This document shows, in pieces, positions 20,469 to 29,616 of a stretch of 64,000 nt of DNA. The DNA lies in the IMG/VR virus record IMGVR_UViG_3300031885_000003, positions 1 to 64,000 of that record. The stretch is one strand, 5' to 3'. Source of the DNA: a virus. Each line of letters starts with the position of its first letter. Positions within the stretch are counted from its first letter, which is position 1. Both the position numbers and the translations under genes were made by a program. The notes under the pieces were generated by a model. That model saw only the letters and a program-made list of their open reading frames with translations, ran no database searches and was not told where the DNA came from.

Positions 20469-20761
20469 ATAGTGATCTGTCCATGCTCGTCTTTCATTGC
20501 GCCGAGCCGTTGTTGGATGAAATCATGCCTGGTTTCACGGAACAACAGTTCCATGTCAGCCAACCGCTCTTGGGCCTGTTGGCCCGCGCCAAGCGCAGCC
20601 GCCAGCATGTAGAGAGTGGCTTTGATGAGCAGCCACGGTTTCTGCAACGTGATATAGTTAGATGGATTCCCGCTACTCAGATCTGCCGGGTAGAACGTGC
20701 CGCTTACGCGGTACGTGTACGTCCCGTCAGCCGGGGGAAGAAATGCGATTGTGCCGGTCAT
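20465..20761 (-). CDS. Head-tail adaptor, C-terminal half
   Basis: IAFLPPADGTY...YP.DLS....SNYIT...PWLL..ATL pattern of adaptor C-termini; own RBS (AAGGAG). Confidence 0.6.
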   Translation of the reverse strand: MTGTIAFLPPADGTYTYRVSGTFYPADLSSGNPSNYITLQKPWLLIKATLYMLAAALGAGQQAQERLADMELLFRETRHDFIQQRLGAMKDEHGQITI

Positions 20762-20771
20762 GTAAATCTCC

Positions 20772-22523
20772 TTACCATGTCCCTATGGCCGCCCGTTTCC
20801 ACGTGTTTGTCGCCATGCAAACGTAAATGTAGCTGGCATCAATCCGAATTTCCCCCAAGGTTCCAGTGTCACCAGCATTTGCAGGTGCGGTGTTGAGTGC
20901 GGAGAGCCTAAACTGCGCAGCAGCCGAATTGCCGTCTACCAGCAGGTTGTTGTCACCCGGATCGCTGACGCCGCCGACGTGGAGGCCAAGTCCGGCAACG
21001 ACGTTGCCTGCAAACACCCCGTCGCCCATCTCAATCAGCGAGATATTGTCCCAGTCTGTGTACCCCCCCGAATCACCACCATTTACCATCCACACGTCCA
21101 CAGTTATACATGACGTTGTAGTTACAGCAGTAAAATAGGCCGTGACTGTGCCGGGACTAATATAGGTTGCGCTGTAATCTTCATCAAGCCACGGCATACT
21201 GCCAATGGTTACATTGGTATGATTCATCCCGCCGCCATTACCCACGTATGTATAAGTAAACTTATAGCGTTTGCCTACTACAAGAGCTGTAAGTTGGTAC
21301 ATCCGTGCCACCGGAAATGACGATGCGGACTTCGTTATTCTTAGACTTCCTGCATTAAGAGAGGCTACGCCGTCTAGTGCCGTCCATCCCGTTAAACTGC
21401 TCCCATCACCATTGACGACTTTCTCCGCGCTGTTCGATGCCGCCAGCCCTCCAGCACAAACGATCCCGCCAGAGGTGATCGGATAGTCTGAAAGATCGAA
21501 ACCTTGCCAACCGAGAACAACACCGCTATTTGGTTGTTTGTAGTCGCTCCCACTGGCATCCTGATGATCCATGAAATCAAAATGGAATTCGCTGTTCATG
21601 CTGGTCTCTGTAACGTTTGAAATAAAATTGAAAATCCTTCCAGTTGTGTTCATATTTCCGGCGGAATTTCGTCCAGAAAAGGCATAATGTCCTGTCTGCT
21701 CACCATTCACAGCCGGGTCAGTCTGATTCTGTAAAACCATGGTCCCGCCAAATCCACCATAATTGATCAAGTCGAGTCTTCCACTGTTTGCGAATATTGC
21801 AGACACTTGAGAATTGCTGTCTATCAACGTCAGTGGAGAATCATCGGATATGCCAGATGTCTTCCCCTTAATAACTGTACTGCAATGAATAGCAGTAGTC
21901 CACGGAAACGCAACATAATCAAACACCGTCGTCCCGATGCCGACGTTGCCAGTGGCATGTTGAAGTAACAGCGTCGGAACCCACGACATTGCGCTGTTGT
22001 AGAATCCAAGATCATCTGTTCCAGGTGCTAGATCTCCCCTGAGTCCTACTAACCATTTATTCACTCCATCTGTCACGTAAACCGCTTGTGCTACGTTTGG
22101 CGACGCATATGATATACGTTTATAGTACACTGTTCCATTAGTACCATCATAAAACGTCCCGGTGGTCCCGGCAATCGTGTTCGGGGTCCCTGAGCCAATC
22201 GTTCCTGGGATCGCCCATGTCTGCCCAAGTAATTGATACGCATTCGAGGCCGTTGCCGCCCGCAGGTTCGTCACTGCCGTGGTACTGGCTACAGTCAGCG
22301 GGGCCGTGCCCGTAGTCACGGTCGAGACGAGTTGACTTCCGGTGACGGTGCTGTCGGAAGCGACAGCCCCGTTCGTCGAGATCGCCCCGCCCGCCGTAAT
22401 GGTCGCCCCGGTTGAACCGTATCCGCCGGAAACGATGAGCGTGTCAAACCACTCGGTACGCGCCCCGACAAACAGGACCGCAGCGAGAATCAGGCATAAC
22501 GCCAATAAACTCTTCTTCATCAC
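20772..22523 (-). CDS. Tail fibre/receptor-binding protein with N-terminal signal peptide
   Basis: GTAPLTVAST, GNVGIGT and C-terminal GT.GEI..D..YIYVC.ATNTWKR fibre motifs; lower-GC central part. Confidence 0.75.
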   Translation of the reverse strand: MMKKSLLALCLILAAVLFVGARTEWFDTLIVSGGYGSTGATITAGGAISTNGAVASDSTVTGSQLVSTVTTGTAPLTVASTTAVTNLRAATASNAYQLLGQTWAIPGTIGSGTPNTIAGTTGTFYDGTNGTVYYKRISYASPNVAQAVYVTDGVNKWLVGLRGDLAPGTDDLGFYNSAMSWVPTLLLQHATGNVGIGTTVFDYVAFPWTTAIHCSTVIKGKTSGISDDSPLTLIDSNSQVSAIFANSGRLDLINYGGFGGTMVLQNQTDPAVNGEQTGHYAFSGRNSAGNMNTTGRIFNFISNVTETSMNSEFHFDFMDHQDASGSDYKQPNSGVVLGWQGFDLSDYPITSGGIVCAGGLAASNSAEKVVNGDGSSLTGWTALDGVASLNAGSLRITKSASSFPVARMYQLTALVVGKRYKFTYTYVGNGGGMNHTNVTIGSMPWLDEDYSATYISPGTVTAYFTAVTTTSCITVDVWMVNGGDSGGYTDWDNISLIEMGDGVFAGNVVAGLGLHVGGVSDPGDNNLLVDGNSAAAQFRLSALNTAPANAGDTGTLGEIRIDASYIYVCMATNTWKRAAIGTW

Positions 22524-22532
22524 ACTTTCTCC

Positions 22533-23363
22533 CTACTTGTTGCACCACACCCTCTCGTCAGTAATGACGAGATCTATGATACTACCTTCGCCTACGGAAT
22601 GAAGAATTTTTCCCAAGAGAAGGGTGCCTGGAGGAACGGCAGGCGCAACGGGCGCAACTGCTTCCGTCCCCGTGACGATCTGTATGGCGCTGGCGCTCGT
22701 GATGACCACGCGGTCGATGCGGGGAAGGACTGTCGGTGCGGGCATACCGCCAGACGTGTACTTTGCCTGCAAGGCTAATGGGGTTGTGTCGAGGAACGCG
22801 ATGCCTTCGGCAACCTCGATACACATGGAGGCGGGCGTTGTTTGACTGACAGCCAGGCCGTCGCCGCCCGCGCCGTACGCGAACGCCGCACTGTTGTCTT
22901 CGATCCCCGCCATCCGGGACAGTATGAAATTCATGATCCCCAACTGCGCGGCCAGGCCGGACGAGGCCGAACCTGTCGGCGTCTCGGAGACTTCGCACCA
23001 ATGCGCCGGCGTCCCTTGCTCAAGATCCGCGTCTCCCAATGTCAACTCGTAGTAATCCACCATCCACGCTTCTGACTTCATCAGGGGTTTCACAATCGAC
23101 TTCGAGGCGTCCCACATCCGCAACATCTCCGGCTGCCGCAGGTAATCCGCCTGAATCTGGTACGCGCCCGCCGATAGCGTTCCGTCCACGTACCGGGTTT
23201 CGCAGAGTTCCGGGAGCCTGTCGCAAAGGTACTGCATCCCTTCGTTGATGTAGGCGTCGATACCGTTGTCCGTGGTGTAGTCGGGGTTTCCCCCAATCGT
23301 ACCGACCAGATCGTACCGCCCGCTTCGCTTTACGACGTGCTCCCGAATCTGTGCAAGTGTCAT
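22533..23363 (-). CDS. Head-tail adaptor N-terminal half fused to a fibre-type domain
   Basis: MTL.QIR..V, YINEG, GTP..W in residues 1-131; then LAVSQTTPASM..PRIDRVVI..GT....PVAP..ITDER. Confidence 0.65.
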   Translation of the reverse strand: MTLAQIREHVVKRSGRYDLVGTIGGNPDYTTDNGIDAYINEGMQYLCDRLPELCETRYVDGTLSAGAYQIQADYLRQPEMLRMWDASKSIVKPLMKSEAWMVDYYELTLGDADLEQGTPAHWCEVSETPTGSASSGLAAQLGIMNFILSRMAGIEDNSAAFAYGAGGDGLAVSQTTPASMCIEVAEGIAFLDTTPLALQAKYTSGGMPAPTVLPRIDRVVITSASAIQIVTGTEAVAPVAPAVPPGTLLLGKILHSVGEGSIIDLVITDERVWCNK

Positions 23364-23383
23364 CTTCCGATTCTCTCGGTTAT

Positions 23384-23413
23384 GTGGGAGCGGGGCCGAA
23401 ACCCCGCCCCCAC
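23384..23413 (-). terminator. Hairpin after the major capsid gene (stabiliser or weak terminator)
   Basis: GC stem with TTCG loop on the minus strand; no U tract. Confidence 0.4.
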
Positions 23414-23424
23414 GGGTTCATGGG

Positions 23425-24747
23425 TTAACCGTTTAGCCCGACGCCGTACAGGAGCATGAAGTCCTGCGCACAGCCCCATTCGTAGGAGCCCTGCGTGTAG
23501 AACTCCTCATGGATCCCGTCTTCGCCGGATACCTGCTCTTCCTGGTTGGCAGGCGGCGACTTACGGAAGTGGGTGTCCATGTCGGAGAAGGGACGCCACT
23601 TGACGTTGCCGAGGTTGAAGAACAGCCACGCATGACGCCAATCCTCGCTGCGTTTGTTGAACAGCGGGTGCGGAGTCAGTCCGACTTTGCCGTGAGGCGT
23701 CAGCCATGTGCGGATATCGAGACCGTATACATGGCTTTCGGGGGTGATGTCGATGTTGCCGTAGGTGGCCCCGAGGTCGGTCACGCCCTGCGCCGCGCCG
23801 GACCCGCAGAAACTCAGACGTTCGCCGTTGCTGGTGCCTTGGCGGAACAACTCCTCGAACTTCCCGTTGAGCCACGTCGGGCCTTTGCTAAGCCATGTGT
23901 TGCCCGCATAGTCCACGCGGAAATCCGCAATGCGCGTCGAGTCGAGTTGACCCGCCGCGATGCACCGTTTCATGAAATCGACCATGCCCATTTGATGATA
24001 TTCGGGCTGGCCGTTCCTGCCTGTGCCTTCCCATCTCCGCTCCCAAAAGGCGGAACGTTCGCGGGCCAGCGTGTGAAGTTGCAACTTCTGGCCTTTCACA
24101 CGGTCATACTCGGGCGTGCCGTAGCGAGTCTTCTCCTTGAGCGCGTTGTTGGTCAAGTCCAGCGCGGTGCGGATGATCTGTGCGCGGTTGTAGAGATCGT
24201 CCGGGTAGTAGGTCACGTCGCGGGGCCGGGTGTCGCCATGCGCGAACGCCGATGACACCATGGTGATGTTGTTGCAGTTAGCCAGCGTCTTGCCGCCAAC
24301 CGCCGTGTCCGCTTCCGTCAACCGCACGGTCAGGTAACTGTTCGCTCCGGCAATGTACGGGTGCGCGATGACCTTGCCGTGTATCACGTACAACGGGTAG
24401 TTGTCCACGCTCATCTCGACCGTATGCCCTTCGAGGAATTCATCGGCGAGGGCTGCGGCCAACTGGACGTATACGATGGTTCCATCCACGCCGGCAGCGG
24501 CAACGTAGGCGCTGGTCAGCGCCGGGTCGTTGTGACAGTGGGTGATCGCGCCGCACTGTACCGGCGGCGCCTGCACCATCCACGTGTGCTTGTCGGAATT
24601 GACGGATTTGGTGGGAATCTTGGCCGTCATCGCCGTGAACGGGACGCGGCCTTTGAAATCCCAGTACAAGATGCCTTCCTTGTACGATTGGGGTTTATGA
24701 CCGGCGGGGATGTCCCCCGTTCCGATCATGCCATAAGCAGTAGTCAT
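23425..24747 (-). CDS. Major capsid protein (DUF5309/SU10-like)
   Basis: PF.AM, H.W, N..QI.R, E.S.FW, YG.....W.TPHG.V....HPLF; position after scaffold. Confidence 0.8.
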   Translation of the reverse strand: MTTAYGMIGTGDIPAGHKPQSYKEGILYWDFKGRVPFTAMTAKIPTKSVNSDKHTWMVQAPPVQCGAITHCHNDPALTSAYVAAAGVDGTIVYVQLAAALADEFLEGHTVEMSVDNYPLYVIHGKVIAHPYIAGANSYLTVRLTEADTAVGGKTLANCNNITMVSSAFAHGDTRPRDVTYYPDDLYNRAQIIRTALDLTNNALKEKTRYGTPEYDRVKGQKLQLHTLARERSAFWERRWEGTGRNGQPEYHQMGMVDFMKRCIAAGQLDSTRIADFRVDYAGNTWLSKGPTWLNGKFEELFRQGTSNGERLSFCGSGAAQGVTDLGATYGNIDITPESHVYGLDIRTWLTPHGKVGLTPHPLFNKRSEDWRHAWLFFNLGNVKWRPFSDMDTHFRKSPPANQEEQVSGEDGIHEEFYTQGSYEWGCAQDFMLLYGVGLNG

Positions 24748-24820
24748 GGTCAGTTCTCCTCATGTCTTAGCTGGCGTTCTCCTTCCACAGAGGTCACCGG
24801 CTTCGATTCAGTTGTGTCGT

Positions 24821-25948
24821 TTATGCCTTGCTCGCTGCGGCTACGGCATTGGCGGTCTTCACCATCTCAACGATGAATGTTGACCGGCCCGTGTCGCCTA
24901 CCGCATGTACTGTGACTACGGTTGCGGTTATTGTCTTAGCTCCGGAATAAGCTTTCGGTGCGCCACAATAATCGCCATAAGGGGCTCCCGGAAGATTCGG
25001 TAGACTCGACAATCGAGCCGCCGCCGCTGGAGCGGTTTTTAGGTCCACGGCGTCGAAATAGCCATCGGGATCGTCGTTATCGCCAACGTTCAAGGTCGCG
25101 CTGGTCGTGTTGTTCCAGACTGCGGAATTGATCCAGTCCATGTTCAAGACGGTATACCCGGCAGGAACCGAGACAGTGGCGGTGTAGGTTCCGGCTGTCG
25201 CTGTCTCGGTGAACGTCCTGACAAACTTGAGTGCGTTGACCTGAGCCTGAACCGCCGTCACGTTTCCGGTAACAGCGTTGATCTCGGCAGGGGTCGCCGT
25301 CACGGCGGTGCCGTTCAAGGTCAACGTCGTGATGTCAAGAGCCGTTACCACGTTTCCGGGGGTAGTCGTTGTAACAACTTTCCCGGCCTCGGCTGCACCA
25401 AGCGTGGTGACATCACAGTAATTCAACTCCGCGGCGGTAGAGGTTACGTTCGTGTTGTCGATGGCGAAGTTGGTTTTACAGTCGAGACCGAGAACCTGGT
25501 TGGATGCGTCGGCGGTAACGGCTTTGCTGGCCTGAGACGTTCCGAGGGTCGTAACATCGTTGTAGTTGAGTTCGATTGCCGTCGAACTAATTGCGGTTCC
25601 ACCGACTTTCCAGGCCGTCAGGTCAATAGTGTCGATCTTGCCGGTTGCACCAAGAACAACCGCTTTATTAGAGGCGGATGTCCCCGGAGTCACTGCGTCG
25701 AGTACGCCGAGTTCTGCCGCACTCAATCCGGTGCCCGGAAATGCGTTTATCTCGGCGGCGCTGGCCGTAACGGTAACGCCGTCAATCGCCCAACCGTCGG
25801 TAAGGTCAACGGGATTGAAGAACTTGATCGTGTCACCAAGCCATTCGATACCGACTGCATACAACTGGCCCTGCAAATTGATGGCATAGGCCGCCGTGCA
25901 GGCAATCAGCCCAATCGCCAGTCCGATGTACCACTTTTTGTGTCTCAT
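24821..25948 (-). CDS. Head fibre/decoration-like repeat protein with signal-peptide-like N-terminus
   Basis: Repeats of V.(S/A)TAAE(I/L)N..D..T.G...A.K.V; MRHKKWYIGLAIGLIACTAAYA; GGAG upstream. Confidence 0.65.
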   Translation of the reverse strand: MRHKKWYIGLAIGLIACTAAYAINLQGQLYAVGIEWLGDTIKFFNPVDLTDGWAIDGVTVTASAAEINAFPGTGLSAAELGVLDAVTPGTSASNKAVVLGATGKIDTIDLTAWKVGGTAISSTAIELNYNDVTTLGTSQASKAVTADASNQVLGLDCKTNFAIDNTNVTSTAAELNYCDVTTLGAAEAGKVVTTTTPGNVVTALDITTLTLNGTAVTATPAEINAVTGNVTAVQAQVNALKFVRTFTETATAGTYTATVSVPAGYTVLNMDWINSAVWNNTTSATLNVGDNDDPDGYFDAVDLKTAPAAAARLSSLPNLPGAPYGDYCGAPKAYSGAKTITATVVTVHAVGDTGRSTFIVEMVKTANAVAAASKA

Positions 25949-25978
25949 GGGTAGATACTCCTCCATTGGTTGACAGGG

Positions 25979-26329
25979 TTATGTGGTCACATCGAACAGT
26001 GTGTACCAACGTTCGCCGTCCGTGATGACCATCAACACGTCGGCGGCGGCACTCAGGCCGTCACTGGTGAACATCGCCCCGCCACCATCGAATTCTTTGC
26101 TCACGACTGTGGCCTCGAACGCACCGCCGGCTGCGGCGATGCGTTTGATGATGTAGAGACCACGTTCGACGGCTTCACCCATCGCGGGAAGGGTGATGTC
26201 GTAACTTGCGCCCACGGTGTCCACGTGGACCCGTGTGTCATACGCCGAGAGAGCGGTGGCAGCGATCACGCTTTTCCATTGCGGGGGTCGCTGGCCGTTC
26301 AGGACTGCGCCTTTTACTTGGTTGTCCAT
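25979..26329 (-). CDS. Small beta-rich head-associated protein
   Basis: VDT......ITLP, YIIK, ..L...TDG..WY fibre-type motif. Confidence 0.6.
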   Translation of the reverse strand: MDNQVKGAVLNGQRPPQWKSVIAATALSAYDTRVHVDTVGASYDITLPAMGEAVERGLYIIKRIAAAGGAFEATVVSKEFDGGGAMFTSDGLSAAADVLMVITDGERWYTLFDVTT

Positions 26330-26392
26330 GTGTCGTTTCTCCTATCGTTTCAGCCAGCGTTAATTACGGGTTGGAAAAGGCTCTGGCTGTGG

Positions 26393-27304
26393 TTAGCCCT
26401 GGTCCGACCCAAGAACCGCGTGCAACGACAACACGTCCTGTTGCTCTCCTGTCAACTTCTTTGTCGCCACAGGAAGCGGACGTGCCCCCGGAATCGCTAC
26501 GGGCGACGGCGGGGTTTCGGCGGGTGTGCTACTTCGTTTGATGAGCGGGATTCGTAATTCTTTGGATGCGATTGGGCCAAGTTCTTGAAGAAGTTTGTCG
26601 ACAGACCAGTCCGGGTGTGCCGCCCGTTCCCGGGCAGCTATCTGGGTAACGCGGGGAATCTCCCCAGCGAACTCCGGATGCTGGGTCTCCCAGTCATTGC
26701 CTTTTGCGATGTTTTCCCGGCGCGTGATCTCGTTTTGAACCGCATCCGTGATCACCTTTGGAATCACAGACTGGATGTTCCGCAACATCTTCTGTTCGAC
26801 TGCGGCGGCCACGTCCAGATTGTGTTGAGCAAGTTTGGCGCTATATGCCCTCATGCCCGCTTCACTGGTCTGCGCCTCAGCGATCTCCTCTTGCGTGAAC
26901 TCCAGTGTTGGAAACACGATCTCGTCGGGCTTCTCGGGGGTTTTCGGCTGCAAGGTGGGCACCTGCCCTGCGAGAACCTGTTCGAGGGCTTCCCGATAGA
27001 CGGCGCTGTCGTGTTCCATCCGCGCCAACTGCGCACGGATCTCTTCGAGCGAGTCAGGCGTTACCGGCTGATCCACTGGCGGGCTTTCCGTGGTTGTGGG
27101 GGCCGGAGTCTCTTTTGCGGGTTCTGGTACGGTTGTCTCGGGCGCGGGCACTACTGGCGTTTCCGGCGCTGGAGTCACTACGGGCGCTGGCGTACTCGCT
27201 GGCGCGTCCGCTGGCAACTCGATACCCGCTTCCGCCGCCGCGATTTCCGCATCGTTCATTGTCTCTACGTCAGTAAAACTTGGGATTGTCTCATGTGTCG
27301 TCAT
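26393..27304 (-). CDS. Capsid scaffolding protein
   Basis: Acidic Pro-rich N-terminus, helical core, W...HPEF; between portal and capsid. Confidence 0.7.
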   Translation of the reverse strand: MTTHETIPSFTDVETMNDAEIAAAEAGIELPADAPASTPAPVVTPAPETPVVPAPETTVPEPAKETPAPTTTESPPVDQPVTPDSLEEIRAQLARMEHDSAVYREALEQVLAGQVPTLQPKTPEKPDEIVFPTLEFTQEEIAEAQTSEAGMRAYSAKLAQHNLDVAAAVEQKMLRNIQSVIPKVITDAVQNEITRRENIAKGNDWETQHPEFAGEIPRVTQIAARERAAHPDWSVDKLLQELGPIASKELRIPLIKRSSTPAETPPSPVAIPGARPLPVATKKLTGEQQDVLSLHAVLGSDQG

Positions 27305-27308
27305 TGCT

Positions 27309-27581
27309 CTACGTCTCCTTGGGTTTTGTCTCCGCTTTCCGCTTGTCCATCGACTCCTGAACGGCAAATGCCGTCTTCACATACGCCTCAAACTGAAGTC
27401 CCTTTTTGAGTGCCCTAACCGTCCCCTGAGTTCTGTAGAGCGGGACACCTTCAAGCGTCTCAAGATCCGTGTCCTGCAATCGGCGCTTATCGCCCTCAAA
27501 CTTGGCTTTCATGTCGGCCCAGACACGCCCTTTGAAGAACTCGTCGTACTCACGTTTTGTCGCAGTAGGCTCGAAGGCCAT
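27309..27581 (-). CDS. Small conserved protein downstream of portal
   Basis: W.DM....L....LYR.QG...L pattern; position. Confidence 0.6.
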   Translation of the reverse strand: MAFEPTATKREYDEFFKGRVWADMKAKFEGDKRRLQDTDLETLEGVPLYRTQGTVRALKKGLQFEAYVKTAFAVQESMDKRKAETKPKET

Positions 27582-27582
27582 G

Positions 27583-29604
27583 TCAGAACACCCCCGTCGT
27601 TGCGTCAACCGGCACGAGGTTTCCCGCCTGCGCCTGTTGAGCGACCTGTTCGTCTGGAAGGATTTGGGTCTGCACCACCGGCATCGGAACGAGCATGTCG
27701 TCGATACCCCCTTGTATCCCCGCTTCACGCGCAAACCGACGCCCGAACTTCATAGGGTCGATCTGCATGGCCGTCATGGGATTCCCCATCATGATCTGGA
27801 ACCAGTTGAGCAAGGCGCTGATGTTGGCCCCACCCGGTATAGCCCCACTGCGCGGCATGATGTCGAGGTTGACGTCAAGCACGCCCCGGTTCAGAAGTAC
27901 ATACGGGTACTCCGGCATGTACATGCCGAACTCGCGCATGAGTTGTTCTTCGTTTCTGCCAACGACTTTGACGTAGTGTTCCAGCGACATGAAATCTTGG
28001 GTGTTCGAGGCCAACATGATCGCCAGATCCGTCATGCCCATCACGTCCATGACGCGCACGTCTTTTTGCAGCCGGGATAGCGATGATTGTCTAGCGGTGT
28101 CGATCTCTGCTTTAGTTATCGCCTCAGACTTGGAGCGCGTCACGCCCTGGACGGCATCTGTCGCCCCCGTCACCCGTTGCATGTAGTCGGCAAAGAACCC
28201 CGCCGCAAGGATGTTGTTACCGGACGTGTTGTTGAACTTGAGTTGTTCAAGCCCCTCTTTTATGGCACCCGGCACACCCCAGTACTGCTCATCGAGAAGA
28301 ATAACCCTGCCAGGTTCCGGGTCTTCAAGCGTTGAAAGCATCCACCGTGACGGATCAGCCAAGATCATGTCGTTGCCGGTTTTCTTCTGGTCGCGGACGA
28401 ACTGGTTGATCAGGAAGTCGAGAATCATCTGCATCCCGTAGATGGTCTCTTGATCCGAGGTAGGCGTGATGCTGTACCCGTCATAGGTTGGCGCGGCCAC
28501 GGAGATCGGGTACATCCCGTGGCGGAAATTCATCGGCTCGGCCTTGATGACCAACTTGTCGCCGGCGACTTCAAAACACCACACTTCCGGGTATCTGGAC
28601 GACCCGAGTTTCAACTCGTAAGGGATCAGGCGCACGAACATCGTGATCACGTCTACGGGATTGCTCTCGGTTGTTCCGGTAGTATTATCAAACCCACTCT
28701 TAGTGTCCCGGCCGGAACTGTATTCGCCCATCAACGCACTGCGCATCGTCCCCTCTTTTCGGAGGTATTCGCAGTTGAAGTACCCATACCCGCCAGAGCG
28801 TTCCATAGACAACAAGGCGTTCCTGTCTGTACTCCGGCCCCAACAAAGGAACTCCGCATCCTGAATTTCGCTGATGGACACCTTGGGATCGGGCCAGAAT
28901 CTATAGGGGTCGATATTGAACAGCCGGTTGCCTTCTGTGACGATACGTTCAGAGACGACACGCCTCGGTGTCCCGTATGGAATTATCCCCAGGTACTTTG
29001 GCCGGGGAACGTCGATGATCTCCTGGCCCATTTTCCGCCGCCATTGCGGATGAACAACGCCAAACCCATACTTCCGGGCATCGCGGAAAAATGTCATCAG
29101 GTTCAGGACAAACCTGTTGAGAACGGCCTGTCGCTGGATCTCGATCTCGCACATCATCGCGCCGAACCTGTCTTCGGGTCCGGTGCCTATGTACCCGAAG
29201 ATGGGGTCTTCCAGCGCCGCCGCGCAGTCATACGTGACCTGAGTTTCCAGACACGCCTTGGACATCGGCATTACGATGTGGACGGGTTTCCGGGAATCTT
29301 TGTGTTGTTCCGCGTCTTCCTTCTCGTCAGTGGAGATATAAGCCGTCTGCGTCTCGTCGATTTTCCGCCAGGACGGGTGGCGCACCGACATCTTCGTGCC
29401 GGACTCACGCGCGAAATTCACCACCATGTTGGCAATCTTCCCGTGGAGCACGTCTTCCCCGTCGAGTGTCGGGTCGAAGTCGAGCAACACACCATCGCCG
29501 TTGACCGGGTAGATGCCCTGAGTCTTGTAATGGTCGTAGTGCTCCGGGTAGAGATCGCTGTTGTCTTGTCCTTGTCCTCCACTCGGGGCAAAATTCAAAG
29601 CCAT
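27583..29604 (-). CDS. Portal protein (podovirus/P22-like), 673 aa
   Basis: Follows TerL; KYGFGV, IDPY.F.PDP, ..VTG..D..QG, T..E motifs. Confidence 0.85.
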   Translation of the reverse strand: MALNFAPSGGQGQDNSDLYPEHYDHYKTQGIYPVNGDGVLLDFDPTLDGEDVLHGKIANMVVNFARESGTKMSVRHPSWRKIDETQTAYISTDEKEDAEQHKDSRKPVHIVMPMSKACLETQVTYDCAAALEDPIFGYIGTGPEDRFGAMMCEIEIQRQAVLNRFVLNLMTFFRDARKYGFGVVHPQWRRKMGQEIIDVPRPKYLGIIPYGTPRRVVSERIVTEGNRLFNIDPYRFWPDPKVSISEIQDAEFLCWGRSTDRNALLSMERSGGYGYFNCEYLRKEGTMRSALMGEYSSGRDTKSGFDNTTGTTESNPVDVITMFVRLIPYELKLGSSRYPEVWCFEVAGDKLVIKAEPMNFRHGMYPISVAAPTYDGYSITPTSDQETIYGMQMILDFLINQFVRDQKKTGNDMILADPSRWMLSTLEDPEPGRVILLDEQYWGVPGAIKEGLEQLKFNNTSGNNILAAGFFADYMQRVTGATDAVQGVTRSKSEAITKAEIDTARQSSLSRLQKDVRVMDVMGMTDLAIMLASNTQDFMSLEHYVKVVGRNEEQLMREFGMYMPEYPYVLLNRGVLDVNLDIMPRSGAIPGGANISALLNWFQIMMGNPMTAMQIDPMKFGRRFAREAGIQGGIDDMLVPMPVVQTQILPDEQVAQQAQAGNLVPVDATTGVF

Positions 29605-29616
29605 GCGCGTCTCTCC

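Noticed and set aside
20762-22970. Self-splicing intron or intein explaining the split adaptor
   Set aside because: The interval is fully coding, lacks group I/II or intein terminal motifs, and the downstream half has its own RBS and ATG.
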